Below, piece after piece: positions 55,870-64,000 of a stretch of DNA of 64,000 bases. The notes under the pieces are model-generated. The model saw only the letters and a list, made by a program, of their open reading frames with translations, was not told the DNA's origin and ran no database searches. Source of the stretch: Octopus sinensis (lineage: Eukaryota); contig NC_043003.1 of NCBI RefSeq assembly GCF_006345805.1, positions 52,204,001 to 52,268,000 on the forward strand, in the 5' to 3' direction. How positions within the stretch are numbered: position 1 is the first letter of the stretch; every line of letters begins with the position of its first letter. The position numbers and the translations under genes were made by a program.

Positions 55870-56580
55870 ACACACACACAGCTTTTTATAGTGGCCGTCT
55901 CAGATATGCCCTCAAATGCCCAGATAGCCACTCTGGCAAGCTATGCAGATGATACGAAAGTCTCACAGAATATACAGAACCCCAGTGATGTTGCACACCT
56001 GCAGAGGAGTTGGACTCAATTTACAGATGGGCTGAGGATAATCATATGCAGTTTAATGCTGAAAAATTCCAGGCCCTGCGCTACCAGCATCCAAAACTGA
56101 ATATTAAACCTACAGGGTACACCAGTCCACAGGGAATTTCAATCCCAGAGCCTAAGTCAGTGAAGGACCTGGGTATCAACATGAGTGATGATACCTCTTT
56201 CCAAGTGCACATTACCAGGATGGCGACAAAGTGCAGACGACTGGCTGGATGGATCCTAAGAACATTCAGAACCAGAGATAAGGAAACCATGATGGTCTTC
56301 TGGCGGGTTTCAAGGGCCCACAGCTTTTTAATATTCTCCGAAAGAGTCTGAGGAACTTGCACAAAGTAGATGTAGGGGTTTTTACATCAAAGCTGGACCT
56401 CTTCCTGTTGAGAGTCCCAGATGAGCCTACCTCACGGCAAGAGATGCAAATGAGGGTAGCTATATCAAACTCCATTCTTCATCAAGTGCCACATATTAGA
56501 GGAGGCTCCTAGTAATAGCACTGTAGCGCAAAACGGTGGTGCATCAGCATGGCTGCAGCTCTGAGCTGAAACTTTAAAAA
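55870..56580 (+). mobile_element. CR1-like LINE, internally deleted
   Basis: SYADDTK, WAEDNHMQFNAEKF, KDLGI, WILRTF; 3' end homologous to 53303-53640. Confidence 0.9.
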
Positions 56581-56914
56581 GAAAAAATAAATATATATAT
56601 ATGTACATATATATATGTATATATATATACATGTATGTATATATATCTACATATATATATATATATATGTATATACATATATATATGTGTATATATATAT
56701 ATGTATATGTATATATATATACATGTATATATATATGTGTATATATATATATTTGTATCAAAATGGCTGATCGTTAGTAAGGAAAGACATAAATAAGAAA
56801 GAAGAAAGCAAAGGACCACTGGTGAGGTCACAGGAGTGTGACAAAATAACTCTGGCCAAAATACGATTAATGTAAAAATTAAAATAAAGCTGAAGCAAAT
56901 CAACACCAAATGTA

Positions 56915-57263
56915 TGGTGCATGGCCGTTGCAAGCACCGCCTCGACTGGCCTCCGTGCCGGTGGCACGTAAAAAGCACCATCCGATCGTACTCGTTGCCA
57001 GCCTCGCCTGGTCCCCGTGCCAGTGGCACGTAAAACGCACCATCTGTCCGTGGCGTCTGCCAGCTCCATCTGGCACCTGTGCGGGTGGCACGTAAAAAGC
57101 ACCCACTACACTCACGGAGTGGTTGGCGTTAGGAAGGGCATCCAGCCATAAAAACACTGCTAGATCAGACTGGGCCTGATGCAGCCTTCTGGCTTCACAG
57201 ACCCCAGTTGAACCGTCCAACCCATGTTAGCATGGAAAGCGGATGCTAAATGATGATGATGAT
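56915..57263 (+). mobile_element. Young RTE 3'-end repeat
   Basis: Three 'ggcacgtaaaaagcacc' units and a (GAT)n tail. Confidence 0.9.
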
Positions 57264-57949
57264 TTAAAAAAAAGATTAGAGATCTATACAAATCAAATTT
57301 TTATAAATAAAAAAGTGGGAGGTGGAAACAGTACAGAATTAAGTCTAAGACATTTCAGTTTAAGAGGGAATTTAATAAAAGATTATATAAATAAAAATAT
57401 TAATATTACCAGTTTCGATGTATCTTATCTTATCAAATATTAGTAAAAATTTATAAAAATTTGAAGTAAAAACAGTCTGTCTGTTGGTCTGGTGGTCAAG
57501 AACATGTCTGGAGGTTTTTTGTTGGAGTCTTCTTTAAATATAGTTTCATGTAGAGTTCAAAGTATTAGAGAGTGAGAGAAGGAGTGTCTATTGTCTAAAA
57601 GAAATCTTTGTGTGTTCTTGTCAAGGGAGTAGCTAAAAGCATTTGTTGAATGGGTTTTATGTCCACCTGTGTATGTGTGTGTGTATTGTGTTGAATGTCC
57701 TTTCAATATGTTTTGAAACATGACCACCTGTGAGTTGATGGGTGTGTATGCTGTGAAGAATTTCTCTAGTTGAGCAACAGCTCCTTTATAGGATCTAGTG
57801 GCTAAAGACATTATCAGGAGGAACCACATCTGGTTTCAGTTTCGGGGGTGTCCCCTACTCCTATAGGAGTAGAATTTTTCTTTTGGGATTGATGTATTCT
57901 TTTGAGTGTCTCCATCTGTATGTATGTGTGTGGTCACCAGCTGTGTTTA

Positions 57950-59094
57950 TGTGTGTTTTTGAGATGCAGACAAACCACAAATCCCTTCAGGTAGATGGCC
58001 CTGCTCAATCTGTAGAAAAGGCATAGGTAGAAACTCTATAAGATGTACTCTGTGTAAGCTATATACACATAAGAGGTGTAGCAATATCAAAGGAAGGCTT
58101 ACTGGGAAAATAGTTTTTGTATGTGGCAGATGCTCAGGAGCAATAAATGCTGAAAATGTGCAGAGAACAACTTCCGCCACATTCCAGGGAGAAAAACTAG
58201 AAACAGTTGATAGTATCCGTTACCTAGGTGACCAAGTCAGTAGCGGGTGAGGGTGCATTGAAAGTGTAGCTGCTAGAATAAGAATAGCCTGGGCAAAGTT
58301 CAGCGAGCTCTTACCTCTGCTGGTGACAAAGGGCCTCTCGCTCAGAGTAAAAAGTAGACTGTATGACGCTTGCGTACGAACAGCCTTGCTACATGGCAGT
58401 GAAACATGGGTCGTGACTGCTGAGGACATGTGTAAGCTCACAAGGAATGAAGCCAGTATGCTCTGATGGATGTGTTATGTCAGTGTGCATACTCGACAGA
58501 GTGTAAGTACCTTGAGAGAAAAGTTGGACATAAGAAGCATCAGATGTGGTGTGCCAGAGAGACGACTGCACTGGTATGGTCATGTGGTGAGAATGGATGA
58601 GGATAGCTGTGTGAAAAAGTGCCACACCTAGCAGTTGAGGGAACCTGTGGAAGAGGTAGACCCAGGAAGACCTGGGATGAAGTGGTGAAGCACGACCTTC
58701 GAACATTAGGCCTCACCGAAGCAATGACTAGTGACTGAGACCTTTGAAATATGCTGTGCTGGAGAAAACCCAGCAAGCAAAGTGAGACCATAACCTTGTG
58801 GTCTATGCCAGGGGTGTAACCAGCCCACTTATGCATACCTTTCCTTCATTGGATTCTAAACTCTGCTTGCGAAGACCTGTTGAGGCAAGTGAAATCAAAA
58901 TCAAATTCGATGACTGGCATCCGTGCTAGTGGGGTGCTAAGAGCACCGTCCGAGCGTGATCATTGCATCCAGCTGTAGAAACTCTGCCAGATCAGATTGG
59001 AGCCTGGTGCAGCCATCTGATTCGCTAGTCCTCAGTCAAATCATCCAACCCATGCTAGCATGGAAAGCGTACGTTAAACGATGATGATGATGAT
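57950..59094 (+). mobile_element. 5'-truncated RTE LINE with intact PHD-type finger
   Basis: Homologous to 53747-55345 in inverted orientation; 3' UTR and (GAT)n tail. Confidence 0.92.
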
Positions 59095-59699
59095 GTGTGC
59101 TTTTGTGATGTTTTCTTGTGTGTGTGTGTGTGTGTGTATGCATTTGTGCATGTGTGTTTTTGTGATGTTTTCTTTTTGTGTATGTTTATGTGTGTGTGTG
59201 TGTGTGTGTCTGTAATGTTTTCTATGGTATGTGTATGCGTTTTTGTGTATGTTTGTGTGTGTGTATTTGTGATGTTTTCTCTTGTGTGTGTGTTTTTGTG
59301 ATGTTATTTTGTGTGTGTGTGTATGTATGTGTGTGCTGGTATATATGTATATTGAAAAAAATTTAGGTGGTGGTGGGAAGTAATTTTTAAAAGTGACAAT
59401 ATGTATAAATTTGTGCTTATATATTCTTTTCTACTCTAGGCACAAGGCCTGGAATTTTGGGGGAGGGGGCCAATCAATTGGATCAACCCCAGTATGCAAC
59501 TGGTACTTAATTTATCGACTCCAAAAGAATGAAAGGCAAAGTTGTGATTAGGTTTATATTTAATTGTGGTTTATACTTGTTGATAAATTTACTTTCTTTA
59601 TTCAGTCTTTGTTGTTGATTGAAGGAATCTGAACACTTGTAGAGGGGAAATATTTTGAAATTATGTTGCCATCTGGCTGCTTAAAGGAATTTTCCTAGA

Positions 59700-59860
59700 G
59701 ACTTTTGTCTTGATTCTATTCGTGATGGGTCGTCATTCTGTTGCATAATGATCCACCCATCTGGCCTATGTAATTATGTTGGCAACCATTGCATATGATT
59801 ACGTAGATCAGGTTTTCCAGGTTGCAGGTGAGATTGGACTCCACTTTGAAGGTTTGGCCA
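59700..59860 (-). mobile_element. Penelope-like GIY-YIG endonuclease fragment
   Basis: LTCNLENLIYVIICNGCQHNYIGQ..SLCNRMTTH. Confidence 0.8.
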
Positions 59861-60093
59861 GCACCATCCGTTCGTGGCCGTTTGCCAGCTCTGTCTGGCA
59901 CCTGTGCGGGTGGCACGTAAAAAGCACCCACTACACTCACGGAGTGGTTGGCGTTAGGAAGGGCATCCAGCCGTAGAAACACTGCCAGATCTGACTGGGC
60001 CTGATGAAGCCTTCTAGCTTCACAGACCCCAGTTGAACCGTCCAACCCATGCTAGCATGGAGAACGGACGCTAAATGATGATGATGATGATGA
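59861..60093 (+). mobile_element. Young RTE 3'-end repeat
   Basis: Near-identical to the 3' parts of 32964-33305 (reverse complement) and 56915-57263. Confidence 0.9.
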
Positions 60094-60116
60094 TATATAT
60101 ATATATAACATACATA

Positions 60117-61250
60117 CAGGGTGCGGTGAATAAATTGTCATCTAAATTATGCAAAAATGAAAATAACATTGACATCTCATTTTAACAATTATTTTCCAAA
60201 ATTACATAAAAATATCTTGAAATACTAAAAAGTAAATTTATTCAATTAAATTGCCATTGGCTTCAGTCATGGCCTCCAGACAACTTTGGAATCTCCTGCA
60301 ACTATTCTGGACAGTTTCCTTGTTTAAGTTGGTAAATGCTGCTGTAATCTTTGCCCTCAGTTCACCTTTGTTGTTATAAAGAGTTTTGTTGGTCTATCAC
60401 TCAACTGTGCCCCATGCATAATAACAAAGGAGTTGCAGTCTGGAGAGTTAGGTGGCCAGATGTTCAGGGTGATGTGATCGTAGAAACTGTCTGACAGTCA
60501 TGACTGGGCTCTCCTGCTTGTGTGGCATGGTGCAGAGTCCTATTGCCAAGCATAGGGTCTTCCAGCTACAACCCTCTTGACTCAGGGTAGCACTACCTCC
60601 TCCAGGCACTTGATGTAGGCCCCAGTGTTGAGTCTGGGGCTGTGTGGGAAGATGGATGGAGGCATAACTTTTTCATCATTAGTGATCACTCCAAACACCA
60701 TGATGTTGACTGGACATTTGATTTTTATCACTCTCAGTACATGCTTTGGGAACATGGTAAGCCAACAGTTGTTCTGTATGTTCACCATCTGATCCTGGCT
60801 GAAATTTTTCTCATCTGAGAAAAATCAAAGCATGTTCAGTTAGAGGGGATGCTTGAGTTTGTTCAAAAGCTTTGTGGCACGCTCTTTCCTCTTGTCCTTG
60901 ATGGCTTGGGATAAAAATTGGTCCTTTTTCATCTTGTATGAGGAATACCAAATGTCTTCATGCACTACCTACTTGATAAGAAACTCAGACATACACATGT
61001 CCTTGGTAATAGACCTGATTGACTTGGAGGGATTGCTATTAATCATGACCTGGATCTCACCAACAAATTCAGTTCTTTTCCTATCAGAACAGTCAGAGTG
61101 AGTTTTCCAAGCTGCTGTACCTTCGTATTCACCATCAGACTCATTTTAATGAGTTTTATTTATTTATTTATCACCCGACGGATGCTTCTGAACCAGTTGT
61201 TGAGTGTCCCACCCAAGGAATCGATGCTAGATGTGTCAAAACAATTGTCG
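60117..61250 (-). mobile_element. Tc1/mariner DD37D (maT-type) transposon, pseudogenised
   Basis: TA|CAGGGTGCGG terminus; FSDEK, IMVFG, DSAPCHT...WPPNSPDCN with 37-residue spacing to the third catalytic position; in-frame stops and a 1-nt deletion; ORF stop at 60238. Confidence 0.88.
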
Positions 61251-61269
61251 TGGTTAATAATAAATTCTT

Positions 61270-61349
61270 GTATATTCTATCTTCTGTCTTTCATTTGTTA
61301 TATATATATATATATAGATATATATATATGTATGCATGTATATATATAG

Positions 61350-61434
<85 letters not shown>

Positions 61435-62024
61435 AAATTAAATTTAGGGTAAAAATTGATATTTATCAATTAGAACCAGTGGTCTAGCATATTAAAGAAA
61501 GAACCCAAAGATTAAAATATTTATATATACCAATTAAGGACTGAACACGAAAAGTGGACAGTCAACATGCTAGATATAGACGTCAAATCGCCATTCTCCA
61601 CAAAAAGTCTATGTTCTCAGATCAAACTCGACACAAAACCAAAGCAATAAACAAGTGAAAAATATACGAAATAAATATTTACCCATGGGTAAATATTTAC
61701 CCATGGGATGCTTGAGTTTGTTCAAAAGCTTTGTGGCACAGTCTTTCCTCTTGTCCTTGATGGCTTGGGATAAAAATTGGTCCTTTTTCATCTTGTATGA
61801 GGAATACCAAATGTCTTCATGCACTACCTACCTGATAAGAAACTCAGACATACACAAAATATTTACCCATGGGTAAATATTTATTTCGTATATTTTTCAC
61901 TTGTTTATTGCTTTGGTTTTGTGTCGAGTTTGATCTGAGAACATAGACTTTTTGTGGAGAATGGCAATTTGACGTCTATATCTAGCATGTTGACTGTCCA
62001 CTTTTCGTGTTCAGTCCTTAATTG

Positions 62025-62096
<72 letters not shown>

Positions 62097-62185
62097 CACA
62101 CACACCTATATATATATATACATGCATACATATATATATATCTATATATATATATAACAAATGAAAGACAGAAGATAGAATATAT
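61270..62185. repeat. Large inverted repeat (fold-back) enclosing a 152-bp copy of the neighbouring transposase
   Basis: 61527-61698 is nearly the exact reverse complement of 61857-62028; outer arms 61270-61300 and 62155-62185 also match; spacer 61705-61856 copies 60846-60997. Confidence 0.93.
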
Positions 62186-62199
62186 ATACAGAAGATGTA

Positions 62200-62370
62200 T
62201 ACACAAAATGAGCCAACAACCAGGAAAGAAAAACACTTGCAAGAGTTGTGATATGAAATCCCACCACCCTGAAGAAACCAACCCATAAGAGGACTGTGGA
62301 AAGGGAACAAAATCATGGTGGCATTCTAGCATGACCACAGCTGTATGGCTGAAATGCCTAAAACAAATAA
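62200..62370 (+). mobile_element. Degenerate CR1-like 3' end
   Basis: DEPTTRKE-like codons followed by 'tagcatgaccacagctgtatggctgaaa'. Confidence 0.55.
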
Positions 62371-62479
62371 AGGATCGATCGATCCATTGATCCATTCATT
62401 CATCATATAAATGTATATTGTGTGTGTGTTTATTTATATATATATATACATATATATATATAGCATAATCACTACCAAA

Positions 62480-63660
62480 ACTGGAGAAAAAAATTTAATG
62501 AGTGAAAGCAAGGTCTGGAATCAAAGGGCTTCAGAGTTATTTTAGCAAAAATCAAAGTCTTAGTAGAAAAGCTGACAAATCACAAATCCCTTCAAGTAGA
62601 TGGCCCTGCTCAATATGTAGAGAAGGTGTACTTAGTGCAAGTTAAGGACACATAAGAGTTACAACAATATTAGAGGAAGGTCAACAAGGAAGATAGTCTT
62701 TATGTGTGGCAGGTAAAATAAACATTAGAAATATACAGAAAATAGACACCATCAAATGCCAGTGGGGTACCTAGAAGTAGTTGATAGCTTTCATTATTTA
62801 GGTGACCAAGTCAGCAGTGAAGCGGGGTGCTCTGAGAGTGTAGCTGCCAGAATAAGAATAGGTTGGTTGGGCAAAGTTCAGAGAGCTTCTACCTTTGTTG
62901 GCAACAAAGGACCTCTCCCTCAGAGTACAAGGCAGATTGTATAATGCCAGCATACAAACAGTTGTGTTTCACTGCATGAAACATGGGCTGTGATGGCAAA
63001 GGATATGCGAAGGCTTGAAAGAATAGAATCTAGTATGCTCTGCTGGATGTACAATGTCAGTGTGCCTGTGTTGAAAGAAAAATTGGGTATAAGAGGCATC
63101 AGATGTAGTGTGCAAGGGAGACATCTGTGTTGGTATGGTCACATGATGCATATGAATGATGCTGCGTAAAGATGTCCCTAACTGTGGAGGGAATTTGTGG
63201 AAGAGGTAGACTAAGGAAGACATGGGATGAGGCAGTGAAGCATGATCTTCAAATGTGGGGTCTCTTGGAGGCAATGACAAGTGATCATGACCGTTGGCAA
63301 TTTGCTGTGCATGAGAAGACGCATCAAAGCAAGTGAAATAATAGTTGTGGCTGGTGCTGGTGACACATAACAGCTTCAGTACTGGTGACACATAACAGCT
63401 TCGGTACTGGTGACACATAAAAGCACCCATGATGGTGATATGTAAAAGCACTTGTACTGGTGACATGTAAAGGCATTCATAACAGTGACATGTAAAAGCA
63501 CCCACTACACTGTGTGGTTGGTGTTAGAAAGGGCACCCAGCTATAGAAACCAAGCCAAATTCGGACTGAAACCTGATGCAGCTCTCCGGCTTACCAGTTC
63601 CAGTCAAGCTGTTTAATCCATGCCAGCATGGAAAACAGTTGTTAAATGACGATGTTGATG
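62480..63660 (+). mobile_element. Degenerate RTE LINE (third copy) with 25-bp tandem units in the 3' UTR
   Basis: VVDSFHYLGDQVSS; homologous to 57950-59094; 'cagcttcagtactggtgacacataa' repeats at ~63372-63420. Confidence 0.85.
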
Positions 63661-63667
63661 ATATATC

Positions 63668-64000
63668 TTATATAGGAGTCCAGGTTTCGGATGCGTAAAG
63701 GAGGGTTGGAATAATGACTGCCCTGTACACCATGAGTTTGGTTTCGGTTCGGATGTCCCAATCAGCAAAAACTCTTGTTCGGAGCTTGCCGAAAGCTGTT
63801 CCTGCACACTTCAGACGGTGTTGGATTTCATCGCTGAGGTCTACCTTTGCTGACAGATGGCTCCCAAAGTAGCAGAAGTGGTTCACATTTTCCAGTGGAT
63901 TTCCTTCGAGTTGAATCGATGGCGGGTTGTCAACACGGGCATTGGGGGGAGGTTGGTAGAGTAAGTGAGTCTTCTTGATGTTGATGCTCAGTCCAAGTTT
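63668..64000 (-). mobile_element. RTE (BovB-like) RT fragment running off the window end
   Basis: GLSINIKKT...NVNHFCYFGSHLS...AFGKLRTRVF...YRAVIIPTLLYASETW. Confidence 0.9.

Noticed and set aside
56915-57110. CRISPR-like spacing of 'ggcacgtaaaaagcacc' repeats every ~62 nt (also at 7660, 16400, 33130)
   Set aside because: The spacers are homologous to one another, the array is part of the RTE 3' UTR, and there are no cas genes in this eukaryotic context.
57460-57950. Possible LINE endonuclease remnant on the minus strand
   Set aside because: Too degenerate to assign without a homology search.

Overview
AT-rich, microsatellite-rich eukaryotic DNA, most likely from an octopus (inferred from the SINE/LINE families and the (TA)n/(CA)n load). 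The only host gene I can support is an intact VCP/p97/CDC48 (TER94) AAA+ ATPase on the minus strand. It has 18 coding exons between 37521 and the stop at 9653, totalling 2395 nt, all with GT-AG boundaries and compatible phases. The start-codon exon is unresolved; the best candidate is 46380-46447. The rest of the window is transposon-derived: RTE, CR1/L2 and Penelope-like retroelements, several tRNA-derived SINE families, piggyBac, hAT, Tc1/mariner (DD37D) and Helitron-type elements. The most interesting observations are a candidate poison exon in VCP, unusual substitutions in the VCP D2 domain, a PHD-type finger inside an RTE reverse transcriptase, a Penelope end carrying a Pol III-like head and a hammerhead-like core, and a fold-back palindrome with a templated insertion at 61.3-62.2 kb. 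I see no evidence of a wholly new multi-gene system. Comparisons with human p97 are made from memory and need confirming by alignment. Boundaries of degenerate repeats are approximate.
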